DNA from: Candidatus Versatilivorator sp. | Lineage (GTDB): Bacteria > Acidobacteriota > Terriglobia > Versatilivoradales > Versatilivoraceae | Reading direction: 5' to 3' | Assembly: GCA_965207735.1 (NCBI GenBank) | Contig: OZ242296.1 | Coordinates: forward strand, 4,128,001 to 4,192,000 | Length of the DNA stretch: 64,000 nucleotides | Shown: positions 20,826 to 30,534 of the stretch, one piece after another | Layout: each line of letters starts with the position of its first letter | Numbering within the stretch: the stretch's first letter is position 1 | The notes under the pieces: model-generated | What the model was told of the DNA's origin: nothing | Databases searched by the model: none | Seen by the model: the letters and a program-made list of their open reading frames with translations, nothing else | Program-made: the position numbers and the translations under genes

Positions 20826-22217
20826 TTAGAGGTTCAGGAAGATCGAAAATTCAGCCCCTCCCCGGTCGATATTCTTCCATTCCAGCCGGCCGCCGTGGGC
20901 TTCCACGATCCGCTGGGCTATGGGCAAGCCCAAACCCGTCCCGCCGCGCTTGCTCGAATAAAAGAGGTCAAACAGCCGGCCGGATTCCTCCTCCGAGACT
21001 CCGGTACCGCTATCGCGAACCCACACCGCCAAACGGCCCGACTCCCGCCTGGCCCCCATTGAGATCCGGCGCGGTCCGTCCCCACTGGCCAGGACCGATT
21101 CCCTGGCATTGACCAGCAGGTTCATCAAGGCCTGCTGCAACAAGTCGCGGTCTCCCCGAACCTCCAGCATCCCCGGTCCATCCTGCCTCACCAGCTCGAT
21201 TCCTGCGCTGTCACATTCCTTGGCCACAAGCTGGACCACCTGATCCAGCACCCGGGGCAGTGCAACCACCTGGCGATCCAGCTTCAAGGGTTTGGCATAG
21301 ACCAGGAAATTGCGCGCCAACCGCTCCAACCGCCGAATCTCGGACTTGGCCCCGGCCAGTAGTTGGGCCATCTCCTCGGAATGCGCCCGAGACTCGGAAA
21401 CTTCCTCTTCGATCATCTGCAGATTCAGGTTGATGGCGCTCAAAGGGTTCCGGATCTCATGGGCCAACCCGCTGGCCAGCATCCCCAGCACTGCCAGCCG
21501 GTCGGCCGTGTGGGCTTCGGCCTCGATCAGCTGGGCTCGCTTGAGCAGCCAGCGCACATAGAACATGGCCACCAGCAGAAGCGCCAGCACCACCGAGGAG
21601 GCCATTAGAACCTGCTGGTTGATCCGGCTCTGATCTACAGCCACCCGGCTGGCAATCAGGGTGTTGTCGAAACCGAAATGGATAAGCAGCCTCAATTGAC
21701 CCTTGGATACCACCGGTTCGACCCAGTCGGTGATGCGCTCCCCCGGATTGCTGACCGAAGCGATTTCCTGCCTTGCCCTGGAGGACAGAATGAGGTCCGT
21801 AAAGTGGCTCTGCTCCAGTTCCCTTCCCATCTGCAAGCGGCGCCAAAGCAGCTCTCCCCGGGGATGCTGGGCAAAAACGTAGACGACCTGGTCGTCGCCG
21901 GCCAATAACTCCTCCAGATACCCTTCCATGTGCTGCCGGCGGCGAAGTTCATCGGCAGGATCGGTGCCCGGCAGCTCCAGATCGAGGAGACGGATCTGAT
22001 TCTCGATCCGATCCTGCAAATCGTCGCGCAATGCCTCCATTACAAGCTCCACCCGCTCGCTTGCCCAGCGGTTGGCCAAATCGATCAGCGAAAAGGCGAT
22101 GGCCCCGATCACCACCAGAAAGAGAGCGGAGCTGATAAAGAGGTGGCGCCTGAAGATCGGCTTGCCCTTGACGCGGGTTCGAAAAGACGTCCGATCTGTG
22201 CTGGAGGGGTCGGCCAC
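20826..22217 (-). CDS. Membrane sensor histidine kinase (NtrB/HupT-like core), no adjacent response regulator
   Basis: Two TM segments; LAHEIRNPL, NLLVNA, DSGTG and GGTGLGL motifs. Confidence 0.92.
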   Translation of the reverse strand: MADPSSTDRTSFRTRVKGKPIFRRHLFISSALFLVVIGAIAFSLIDLANRWASERVELVMEALRDDLQDRIENQIRLLDLELPGTDPADELRRRQHMEGYLEELLAGDDQVVYVFAQHPRGELLWRRLQMGRELEQSHFTDLILSSRARQEIASVSNPGERITDWVEPVVSKGQLRLLIHFGFDNTLIASRVAVDQSRINQQVLMASSVVLALLLVAMFYVRWLLKRAQLIEAEAHTADRLAVLGMLASGLAHEIRNPLSAINLNLQMIEEEVSESRAHSEEMAQLLAGAKSEIRRLERLARNFLVYAKPLKLDRQVVALPRVLDQVVQLVAKECDSAGIELVRQDGPGMLEVRGDRDLLQQALMNLLVNARESVLASGDGPRRISMGARRESGRLAVWVRDSGTGVSEEESGRLFDLFYSSKRGGTGLGLPIAQRIVEAHGGRLEWKNIDRGGAEFSIFLNL

Positions 22218-22271
22218 GGCAGGTCACGGAGCGGGCGGCTCCTTCAGAGGAAAAACAGCCGATTGTCTCTG

Positions 22272-22419
22272 GAGCCTTTTGCAAGATTCGCAACGGGGTA
22301 GGTCATTTTGCCGGCAAACGTGATGTTCTGCCTTTTTCAATATCGGGTGCGACTTGGTGAAAAATGCTGTCTAAGCACAAAAGCCACAAAACGAATTTAT
22401 CGTATGCCTTCTCGAGTAA
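22272..22419 (-). mobile_element. MITE-like fragment with a GxxExxY remnant, homologous to about 60705-60854
   Basis: Starts GAGCCTTTTGCAAGATTCGCAAC, matching the reverse complement of 60831-60854. Contains AAGCACAAAAGCCACAAAACGA, and the minus strand reads LLEKAYD-KFVL. Confidence 0.6.
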
Positions 22420-22433
22420 GGGGCGGAGGAACC

Positions 22434-23204
22434 TCAGTCGGAATCCTCGCCCCTCAGGCGCCTTTTGCCGAAGATCCAGGCTACCAGGATGCCTACCAGG
22501 TACAGCAAGAGCATGGGCGCGGCGAATACCATCAAGGTTGGGATGTCCGGCGTTGGCGTGATGACGGCTGCTGTAATGAAAATTATGAGGACGGCATAGC
22601 GGAGATTCCTCAACAGGAATCGGGCATTGGTGACGCCCATGATGGAGAGGAAGAAGATGACGATCGGAATTTCGAAAATGATGGCGCATCCCAGAATGAC
22701 GACCAGAGCGAAGTCGAAGTAGAAGGTAGCAGTCACGATCTCCTGAAAGTTCTGGCCGAAATTGGTGAGAAAGTTCAAGGTCATGGGAAGGCCGACCGTG
22801 TAGGCAAAGATCCCCCCCAGTGCAAAGAGAAGGCTGGAGGAAAGCAGGAAGGGTATGGCGTATCGCTTTTCCCGGGAATAGAGGCCGGGGGCAATGAACA
22901 ACCAGACCTGCCACAGAACTACCGGAGAGGCCAGAAAGATCCCGGCGTAGAAAGAAGCCTTCATGTAGATCATGAAGGGCTCGGTGGGGCTCAGATAGGT
23001 GAGCTTGCTGTCCCCCAGGTGCTGGGTAATCGGAACCGACAGGAACTCGAAGATTCTCTCGTGAAAGATCCAGCAGGCAACGAAACTGATGCCTACCGCA
23101 GCGATGGCGACGATGATACGCCGGCGCAACTCGTCCAGATGATCCAGAAAGGACATCTTGCCGGACGTCGCAAGCTCGTTGTCGTCCCTTGGGTCAGTGT
23201 CCAT
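22434..23204 (-). CDS. tatC: Twin-arginine translocase subunit TatC
   Basis: MSFLDHLDELRRR, FIAPGLY..EK, FEIP and ITPTPD motifs. Confidence 0.97.
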   Translation of the reverse strand: MDTDPRDDNELATSGKMSFLDHLDELRRRIIVAIAAVGISFVACWIFHERIFEFLSVPITQHLGDSKLTYLSPTEPFMIYMKASFYAGIFLASPVVLWQVWLFIAPGLYSREKRYAIPFLLSSSLLFALGGIFAYTVGLPMTLNFLTNFGQNFQEIVTATFYFDFALVVILGCAIIFEIPIVIFFLSIMGVTNARFLLRNLRYAVLIIFITAAVITPTPDIPTLMVFAAPMLLLYLVGILVAWIFGKRRLRGEDSD

Positions 23205-23649
23205 CCGGCTTGGTTTCAGGCTTGGGCTCCGAGCTCGAGCCGGATGAGGAGGCTATCGCAGCCTCCGGCTCCCGGCCGGCGTCGCCTTCAGAAGGATGGG
23301 AGGGTGCTTCAGGCTTCTCTTCGGCGGAGACAGCTTCCGCCGCAACATCACCGCCTTCCGCTTCGGAAGAGGTCGGTGCCGCCGCTTCCTCCCCGGTATC
23401 GACGGCCGGTGCAGGGTCGGCAGTTGCAGCTTCCGCCGGCTTTTCCAGCTTGGGCGGGGGAGGGGGAGGTTCATATTCCGCCGCGCGAACCTCTTCCTCC
23501 AGGGTATTTCTGAGTTCGTTGGAGGCGCGTCGGAACTCGGAGAGTCCCCGGCCGAGAGATTTCCCCAACTCAGGCAGCTTGCGTGGCCCGAATACCAGCA
23601 ACGCCACCACAAAAATGATGATCAACTCGGGTACGCCGATGGGTCCCAT
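23194..23649 (-). CDS. tatA: Twin-arginine translocase TatA/TatB family subunit with long acidic tail
   Basis: IGVPELIIIFVVALLVFGPRKLPELGKSLG motif, directly upstream of tatC. Its length would also fit TatB. Confidence 0.88.
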   Translation of the reverse strand: MGPIGVPELIIIFVVALLVFGPRKLPELGKSLGRGLSEFRRASNELRNTLEEEVRAAEYEPPPPPPKLEKPAEAATADPAPAVDTGEEAAAPTSSEAEGGDVAAEAVSAEEKPEAPSHPSEGDAGREPEAAIASSSGSSSEPKPETKPDGH

Positions 23650-23670
23650 CCGTTCCTCCAAACGTACCGA

Positions 23671-23699
23671 ATCATAATTGGAGCAGGATTACAAGTCAA
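23671..23699 (-). promoter_or_regulatory. Putative promoter of tatA-tatC
   Basis: Minus strand TTGACT-17 nt-TATGAT. Confidence 0.6.
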
Positions 23700-23773
23700 G
23701 GCAGGGCTTCCCGTTTGAGGCTTTACTTCGATTGGAGGCCGGTGCTATATTTGGGCCAAGTTAAGGGGTGGGT

Positions 23774-25351
23774 ATGCAAAGACTTCGTTCCTGGACCACG
23801 GTCGTTACCGTGATCGTTATCGCCTCCCTGGTTGGAGGTTTCTGGGGGAGGCCGGTACAAGCGACCGCCCAGTCCAGCGTCCGTGAACACCTGGTCAACG
23901 TCTACGCCCAGGTGCTCGATCTGGCCGAGAAGTACTACGCCGACGAAATCGACGTTGAAAAGAGCGTCCACGCCTCCCTGCGAAGCATGCTGAAGACGCT
24001 GGACCCGCATTCCAACTTCTTTGACGCCAAGCAGTTCGCCCAGTTCCGGGAAGACCAGCGAGGAAATTTCTATGGGCTGGGCATCATCATCTCCATGAGA
24101 AATGCCAAGCCCACCGTCATTACGCCCATTCCCGGGACCCCCGCATACCGGCTGGGCATACGCTCCGGGGACGTCATTGCCAAGATTGAAGGGAGTCTGA
24201 CCGAGGGACTGGACATTCAGGAAGTCGTGGAAAAGCTGCGGGGCCCCAAGGGAACGGTGGTCAACATCTCCATAGACCGAGCCGGAATCCCGAAATTGCT
24301 GGATATGGCCGTCATCCGCGATGAAATCCCCCATCACAGTGTCCCCTTCGCCTTCTTCTTCCGCCCCGGCATCGGTTACATCAAGCTCAGTACTTTCAAC
24401 GAGACCACCAACAGGGAGGTTCAAGAAAGCCTGGAAGAACTGGGAACGGATCTGAAGGGTCTGATCTTCGACCTGAGATCCAATCCCGGAGGGTACCTGC
24501 AGGCTGCCATTCAGGTGGCGGACAAGTTCCTGGAGAAGGGCCAGAAAGTCTTGATTACCGATGGACGCACGGCGAGCGCCAAGCAGTCCTACGAAGCTCC
24601 CAGAGGATCGGGGGGAGTTCGGTTCCCCCTGGTGGTGCTCATCAATACCGGCAGCGCCAGCGCTTCCGAAATCGTGGCCGGGGCCATCCAGGACCACGAT
24701 CGCGGTTTGTTGGTAGGCGAGGTCAGTTTCGGCAAGGGCTTGGTTCAAACGGTCTATCCCCTCGACAACGGCGCAGGAGTCTCCCTCACCACCGCCAAGT
24801 GGCACACTCCCAGTGGCCGGCTCATCCAGAGAGATTACGCCAACCAGTCCTATATCGACTATTACTACGCCAGAAACAAGGATCCCGAGAAAAGACAGGT
24901 CTACTACACCGACAGCGGCCGCGAGGTTTACGGGGGGGGCGGCATTACTCCGGATTTCCAGGTCAAAGCCAATAAGATCAATGAATTCCAGCTGCTGCTC
25001 ACCAGCAAGGGAATGATTTTCAGCTTCATCCGCACCTATAATGCCAACCATCCCACGGTAGACCGGAATTTCCATACGACACCTGAAATTCTGAAAGAGT
25101 TCCAGACTTATCTGACCAGCCAGAAGCTCGTCTTCAAGGAAAGCGACTTTACGGACAACCTGGATTTCATCAAGTTCCAGATGCGCTACGAATACTTTCT
25201 CTCTCGGGTAGGTCAAGCCGAAGCTCACAAGGTTTTCCTGGAGAACGACCCCCAATTCGCCAAGGCCCTCGAGGTGCTTCCTCAGGCCAAGACTCTTATC
25301 AGCCGTGACCCGGGCGATCCTGACTTGCTGGTCAAGAAGCAGGGAGATTGA
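23774..25351 (+). CDS. ctpA: Carboxyl-terminal processing protease (S41A, PDZ)
   Basis: LDPHS, PDZ GLGI, DLRSNPGG, SASASEI and FGKG motifs; N-terminal TM/signal. Confidence 0.95.
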   Translation: MQRLRSWTTVVTVIVIASLVGGFWGRPVQATAQSSVREHLVNVYAQVLDLAEKYYADEIDVEKSVHASLRSMLKTLDPHSNFFDAKQFAQFREDQRGNFYGLGIIISMRNAKPTVITPIPGTPAYRLGIRSGDVIAKIEGSLTEGLDIQEVVEKLRGPKGTVVNISIDRAGIPKLLDMAVIRDEIPHHSVPFAFFFRPGIGYIKLSTFNETTNREVQESLEELGTDLKGLIFDLRSNPGGYLQAAIQVADKFLEKGQKVLITDGRTASAKQSYEAPRGSGGVRFPLVVLINTGSASASEIVAGAIQDHDRGLLVGEVSFGKGLVQTVYPLDNGAGVSLTTAKWHTPSGRLIQRDYANQSYIDYYYARNKDPEKRQVYYTDSGREVYGGGGITPDFQVKANKINEFQLLLTSKGMIFSFIRTYNANHPTVDRNFHTTPEILKEFQTYLTSQKLVFKESDFTDNLDFIKFQMRYEYFLSRVGQAEAHKVFLENDPQFAKALEVLPQAKTLISRDPGDPDLLVKKQGD

Positions 25352-25436
25352 TCTATCCGGTTCCCTGTCGCGCTCCTCATACCCGAGCAGCACTCGACCC
25401 ACAGAATCTCGTCACTAGCCGCATCCACAAGATCCC

Positions 25437-26885
25437 ATGACCTCCATGACCTATGAAGCCGTCATTGGCCTCGAGGTTCACGCCCAACTGCTGACCCGAA
25501 CCAAGATCTTCTGCTCCTGCCCGACCCAATTCGGAGCCCCTCCCAATACCAATACCTGTCCGGTCTGTCTGGGTCTGCCCGGAGCACTTCCGGTGCTCAA
25601 TCGCGAGGCCGTCGTCATGGCCGCCAAAGCGGCAATGGCCCTCAACTGCCGCATCAATTCCCTTTCGATTTTTGCACGCAAGAATTATTTCTATCCCGAT
25701 CTTCCCAAGGGCTATCAGATCTCCCAATTCGACAAACCCCTGGCAGAGTTCGGTCACCTCGATCTCGATGAGAACGGCCATCGCCATCGGGTGGCGATCA
25801 AGCGGGTCCATCTGGAGGAAGATGCCGGCAAATCCATCCACGACGGATTTGCCGATTCCGATCGATACAGCTATATCGACTTGAATCGGAGCGGCACTCC
25901 ACTGATCGAAATCGTCAGCGAACCTGAGATCTATTCGCCGGCCCAGGCCCACGACTACCTCACCCGCATAAAGGTAATTCTCGAATACCTGCAAGTCTGC
26001 GACGGCAACATGGAAGAGGGTAGTCTCCGCTGCGACGCCAACGTGTCGATTCGCCCGGCCGGTTCAGGCACCCTCGGGACCAAGACCGAGCTCAAAAACC
26101 TGAACAGCTTTCGCTTCCTTCAGAAGGCGCTGGAATTTGAGATCGGCCGCCAGACCCGCCTCTTGCAGCAGGGAGGAACCGTCACCCAGGAAACCCGCCT
26201 CTGGAGCACAACCGAGCAGCGCACCTTCCCCATGCGCAGCAAGGAGGAGGCTCACGACTACCGCTATTTCCCCGAACCCGACCTGCCTCCGCTGGTGGTG
26301 GACACCGATTGGCAGGGTCGAATTCGCGCCGACATGCCGGAGTTGCCCGAAGAGAAAAAGCAGCGGTTCGTGGACCAGTACGCGATTCCGGACTACGACG
26401 CCGGCGTGCTCACCACCACGCGCGCCCTGGCCGATTTCTTCGAAAAAACCGCCGCCCGATCCAGCAATCCCAAGGCTGCTTCCAACTGGATCATGGGAGA
26501 TCTGTTGCGGGACCTCAAGGAGTTCAATCTCGACATCGAGTCATCTCCGGTCAGCCCGCTCCAATTGGCTGAATTGATCGGTTGCATCGACAGCAAAGAG
26601 ATCTCGGGCAAAATGGCCAAGGTTATCTTCGAGGTCATGTTTCGGGAGAAGAAGACCGCCGGGAAAGTGATCCGTGAAAAGGGCCTGAAGCAGATCACCG
26701 ATCCCGAAGCGATCACAGCCGTGATTGAAGAAGTCCTTGCGGCCAATCCCAAGATCCATGAACAGTACAAGGGCGGGAAGAAGGCCACATTCGGCTTCTT
26801 TGTGGGCCAGGTCATGAAGGCCACCAGAGGGCAGGCCAATCCGCGGTTGGTCAATGAACTGTTGAGAGCCAGGTTGGACGGTTAA
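25437..26885 (+). CDS. gatB: Asp/Glu-tRNA amidotransferase subunit B
   Basis: [37 protein letters not shown] and YRYFPEPD motifs. Confidence 0.98.
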   Translation: MTSMTYEAVIGLEVHAQLLTRTKIFCSCPTQFGAPPNTNTCPVCLGLPGALPVLNREAVVMAAKAAMALNCRINSLSIFARKNYFYPDLPKGYQISQFDKPLAEFGHLDLDENGHRHRVAIKRVHLEEDAGKSIHDGFADSDRYSYIDLNRSGTPLIEIVSEPEIYSPAQAHDYLTRIKVILEYLQVCDGNMEEGSLRCDANVSIRPAGSGTLGTKTELKNLNSFRFLQKALEFEIGRQTRLLQQGGTVTQETRLWSTTEQRTFPMRSKEEAHDYRYFPEPDLPPLVVDTDWQGRIRADMPELPEEKKQRFVDQYAIPDYDAGVLTTTRALADFFEKTAARSSNPKAASNWIMGDLLRDLKEFNLDIESSPVSPLQLAELIGCIDSKEISGKMAKVIFEVMFREKKTAGKVIREKGLKQITDPEAITAVIEEVLAANPKIHEQYKGGKKATFGFFVGQVMKATRGQANPRLVNELLRARLDG

Positions 26886-26890
26886 GGATC

Positions 26891-27970
26891 ATGCCGAAGC
26901 GATCTCCTCTTTTTGAAACTCAGCGGGACACGGGAGCGGAATTCATGGAATTTCGGGGCCGCGAGATCCCGAGCCGCTTCAGCTCGCTGGAAGAGGAGTA
27001 CACCGCCTTGGAACGTGAGGCCGGTCTGCTCGACCTGTCGGTTCAGAGCCTGGCCGAGCTGAGGGGCAGGGATCGATCGCGCTTTCTCCACGGAATGGTC
27101 ACCAACGACATCCGGAATCTTTCACCCGGACAGGGCTGCTATGCCCTCATGCTCACTCCCCAGGGACGGATCCTCACCGACATGCGGGTCCTCAGCCTGG
27201 AAGAGGCCCTGATGCTGATGGTCGAAGCCGACCTCATGGAGAAGGACCTGGCTCTTTTGAGGAAGTACATTATTGCGGATCAGGTCGATGTCATCGACCG
27301 GTCGGCCGACCTGACTATTCTCTCGCTGCAAGGACCCAAGGCTTCCGAGGTCCTCGCCAGGCTGTGTCCGGAACAGTCCCTGCCCGAGGCTCCTTTCGAG
27401 CACCGTCTCATGCAAGTCGGGAACCTGCCGGCCCGCTGTGCCCGCATGCGGCGAACCGCCTCGGGAGGCTACGATCTCATTGTGCCCCAAGCCCAATCAG
27501 TCGATCTCTGGGACCTCCTGCTTCAGTCGGGAGAGCCGGTCGGCCTTCAGCCGGTGGGGCTTGAAGCTTGGAACATCCACCGGATCGAGGCGGGAATCGC
27601 CTGGTATGGGATCGATATGGACGAAGGCCGCATACCCCTGGAGGTCGGCATGGAAGAGGCCATCAGCTATAGCAAGGGGTGCTATATCGGCCAGGAAGTC
27701 GTTGCCCGGGCCACCTTCCGCGGGAAGGTCAATCGCAGGCTCATGGGCCTCCTCCTGTCATCCGGTAAGCCCGCCCACGGAGGAGACAAATTATTCCGTA
27801 ACGGGCAGGAGGTGGGCTGGGTAACGGGTAGCGCCTACTCTCCCAGGCTGGGGCGAGCCATCGCCCTGGCTTATGTCCGCAAGGAGGCCTGGGATCCCGG
27901 CACCGCCGTCGGAGTGGAAAACGGCGGCGTGCGGACCGACGCCGAGGTGACTCAGTATCCCTTTGACTGA
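26891..27970 (+). CDS. ygfZ: Folate-binding YgfZ/GcvT-family aminomethyltransferase-like protein
   Basis: YgfZ signature KGCYIGQE; GcvT-like N- and C-terminal domains. Confidence 0.85.
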   Translation: MPKRSPLFETQRDTGAEFMEFRGREIPSRFSSLEEEYTALEREAGLLDLSVQSLAELRGRDRSRFLHGMVTNDIRNLSPGQGCYALMLTPQGRILTDMRVLSLEEALMLMVEADLMEKDLALLRKYIIADQVDVIDRSADLTILSLQGPKASEVLARLCPEQSLPEAPFEHRLMQVGNLPARCARMRRTASGGYDLIVPQAQSVDLWDLLLQSGEPVGLQPVGLEAWNIHRIEAGIAWYGIDMDEGRIPLEVGMEEAISYSKGCYIGQEVVARATFRGKVNRRLMGLLLSSGKPAHGGDKLFRNGQEVGWVTGSAYSPRLGRAIALAYVRKEAWDPGTAVGVENGGVRTDAEVTQYPFD

Positions 27971-28064
27971 CGGCCAGATGAAAGTGACCTCGCTCGGTGG
28001 TTTGCGGGATTGATTTCTTCACAGGCTTTCACGATCTCTCGGACGACCTGACGAATTCCAGCCC

Positions 28065-28478
28065 ATGCCATCCTTTCGCTTCACCACCGCCCTGGAGATC
28101 CGCTTTCGAGATCTGGACGCGCTAGGCCACGTCAACAACGCCGTCTACCTCACCTATTTCGAGATCGTTCGAACCCGGTACTGGAAGAGCCTGTTCGGAC
28201 TTCCTCCCGCCGATGACTGGGGTTTCGTGATGGTGAGGACGGAGTGCAACTACCGCTCCCCGGCGCTTCTGGGTGAGACCATCGACATCGCGGCACGGGT
28301 CTCGGCCCTGAGGAATTCCAGCTTCACCTTCGAATACCGCCTGACCGAAAGCCAAAGCGGGCGTCTGATTGCCGACGGCCTGTCGGTGCAAGCCTGTTAC
28401 GACAGGAAGAGCGGCCGGACGGTCCGCATTCCCGAGTCGATGCGGCAACGAATCAAGGACTTCGAGGGCCTGGACTGA
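28065..28478 (+). CDS. Acyl-CoA thioesterase (4HBT/YbgC hotdog family)
   Basis: RFRDLDALGHVNNAVY motif. Confidence 0.93.
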   Translation: MPSFRFTTALEIRFRDLDALGHVNNAVYLTYFEIVRTRYWKSLFGLPPADDWGFVMVRTECNYRSPALLGETIDIAARVSALRNSSFTFEYRLTESQSGRLIADGLSVQACYDRKSGRTVRIPESMRQRIKDFEGLD

Positions 28479-28493
28479 GCATTCCCCGGGACG

Positions 28494-29543
28494 TCAGGTA
28501 GATCCGCCCCCGGCCTTCAGAATTTTCAGGTTCTCCAGAAAGGAAGGCCGGGCAACTCCGGCGTCGGTGATGATGGCCGCCACGTAGCGGTGAGGGGTCA
28601 CGTCAAAGGCGGGGTTTCCGGCGGTGGCTCCCTGGGGCGCAATGGCCCTTTCGCCCAGGTGGGTCACTTCTCGCGGGGAGCGCTGCTCGATGGGGATCTC
28701 GTCGCCCGTGGGAACGTCCAGGTCGACCGTCGAGAGGGGCGCCGCCACGTAGAAGGGGATCTCATGCTCCCGGGCCAGCACGGCAACTGAATAGGTGCCG
28801 ATCTTGTTGGCCACGTCCCCGTTGGCTGCGATCCTGTCAGCTCCCACGACGACGCAGTCCACCTGGCCCTGTTTCATGTAATACCCCGCCATGTTGTCGG
28901 TGATCAAGGTGACCGGGATATTGTCCTTTTGCAGTTCCCAAACGGTTAAGCGGGCTCCCTGCAGGAAAGGCCGCGTTTCGTCCGCCAGCACCTCCACTCT
29001 CTTGCCCTGCTCCACCGCGGCCCGAATGACTCCCAGAGCCGTGCCGTAGCCGGCGGTCGCCAGGGCGCCGGCATTGCAATGGGTCAGAACCCGGGATCCG
29101 TCCTGGATAAGACCGGCCCCGTGACTCCCCATGCGCCGGTTGAGTCGAATATCCTCGTCGTGGATGTGCAGGGCCTCCGTCTTGAGGGCGGCAGCCACGG
29201 CCAGCGGTCCCCGGGATTTTTTCCGCCGGTAGACCCCCTTCATCCGTTCGATGGCCCAGAACAAATTCACTGCCGTGGGCCGGGTCGCCGCCAGAGTCCC
29301 GCATATGGCTTGAAACTCCTGGTCAAACCGCTCCGGCTCATGGGACTTGACGGACTCGGCCCCCAGCGCCACTCCCATGGCAGCGGCGACTCCAATCGCC
29401 GGCGCGCCTCGAATGACCATGTCCCTGATTGCTTGCGCCACTTCCTCGTAGGTTCTGAACACCGGGTACTCTTCGACCGCCGGCAACTTCCGCTGGTCGA
29501 TCATGACCACGCCTTCGTCGCTCCATGCGATGGTCTCGAACAT
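28494..29543 (-). CDS. mtnA: S-methyl-5-thioribose-1-phosphate isomerase
   Basis: [29 protein letters not shown] and NKIGT motifs. Start moved to ATG 29543 after RBS GGGAGG. Confidence 0.96.
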   Translation of the reverse strand: MFETIAWSDEGVVMIDQRKLPAVEEYPVFRTYEEVAQAIRDMVIRGAPAIGVAAAMGVALGAESVKSHEPERFDQEFQAICGTLAATRPTAVNLFWAIERMKGVYRRKKSRGPLAVAAALKTEALHIHDEDIRLNRRMGSHGAGLIQDGSRVLTHCNAGALATAGYGTALGVIRAAVEQGKRVEVLADETRPFLQGARLTVWELQKDNIPVTLITDNMAGYYMKQGQVDCVVVGADRIAANGDVANKIGTYSVAVLAREHEIPFYVAAPLSTVDLDVPTGDEIPIEQRSPREVTHLGERAIAPQGATAGNPAFDVTPHRYVAAIITDAGVARPSFLENLKILKAGGGST

Positions 29544-29588
29544 GACCGTTGACCTCCCGGCTGGTGCCCCCGACATAGGAATACGTGT

Positions 29589-29768
29589 CTGAAACAAACG
29601 AAAAAAGACAAAAGAAAAAGAGGAAAAAGATTTATCCACGAAGAGGCACGAAGGACCACGAAGGGCCACTAAGGCGCTGAGGTTAACCGCGACGGGGTAC
29701 CAAGGTCGCGAAAGGATAATCGATTTCCGATTGTTTCACTCTCGTATGATCCGCCCGGCAGGGCGGGG
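29589..29768. repeat. Dispersed intergenic repeat (about 150-180 bp), copy 1; copy 2 at 49378-49521
   Basis: Shared CTGAAACAAA..A-rich..TTATCCACGAAG..CACTAAGGCG..CGCGACGGG.TACCAAGGTCGCGAA..CGATTTC.GATTGTTTCACTCTCGTATGATCCGCCCG. Confidence 0.9.
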
Positions 29769-29916
29769 ACGGAACTTGTCTCAAACGCCGGGGACTATAC
29801 CACAGACACGGGGCAACCGGGGATCAGAGGCACTAGCCCGCAGTTGTCCATGCCGCCGGTCTATCAAGACAAGCACAGCAGCTGGGCATCCCCGCTCTAC
29901 CGGCAAATTGCGAGCT

Positions 29917-29945
29917 TTGATTTTTCCGGGAGGTTGGGCTATATT
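29917..29945 (+). promoter_or_regulatory. Putative promoter of the MNIO cluster
   Basis: TTGATT-17 nt-TATATT about 95 nt upstream of the precursor ATG. Confidence 0.45.
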
Positions 29946-30040
29946 CTGGCTCTCTCGAAAGTACCAGTTGACCGGCGGGCATGGTTCGCCGGATCGCTAT
30001 GGAGATGATGTTCAAACCCATCCTCAAGGAGGATTCCTCT

Positions 30041-30415
30041 ATGGATCGAAGAAAATTCACTCAGGTCATGGGAGCCGCCGTGGCCGGCATGGTGGCGGGT
30101 TCCAAAGCGGTCAGTCAAACGGATTCGCTGTTGTTGGCCGATGAAGACAAGAAGTCCAAGCACGTCTGCAAGGGCCGTAACCAGTGCAAGGGCCAGGGCG
30201 GTTGCGCCAGCGGCGACAACGGCTGCGCCGGCAAGAATTCCTGCAAGGGCAAGGGCGGCTGCGCCACCGTGGCCAAGCACGCCTGCAAGGGTCAGAACGA
30301 GTGCAAGGGCCAGGGCGGCTGCGGCAGCGGCGACAACGGCTGCGCCGGCAAGAATTCCTGCAAGGGCAAGGGCGGCTGCGCCGTTCCCGTTCACGGGACC
30401 GAAAAGAAGAAATAG
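30041..30415 (+). CDS. Cys-rich repeat RiPP precursor (bufferin BufA2-like) with twin-arginine-like leader
   Basis: RBS AAGGAGG; leader MDRRKFTQVMGAAVAGMVAGS; four CxGxNxCKGxGGC units (12 Cys); directly upstream of DUF692. Confidence 0.85.
   Translation: MDRRKFTQVMGAAVAGMVAGSKAVSQTDSLLLADEDKKSKHVCKGRNQCKGQGGCASGDNGCAGKNSCKGKGGCATVAKHACKGQNECKGQGGCGSGDNGCAGKNSCKGKGGCAVPVHGTEKKK
30158..30382 (+). repeat. 117-bp (39-aa) tandem duplication within the precursor
   Basis: AAGCAC at 30158 and 30275 begin near-identical units. Confidence 0.95.
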
Positions 30416-30534
30416 CCTGACTCTCCAGGACCGGCCGGTCTCCCGACGTTTCCGACCGCGGGGTGCAGCCCACGACTCCGCGGCCGGGAAGCGGGATGGC
30501 GGCCGAGTCCGTGCGTCGGACCAGGAGGTCCCTT

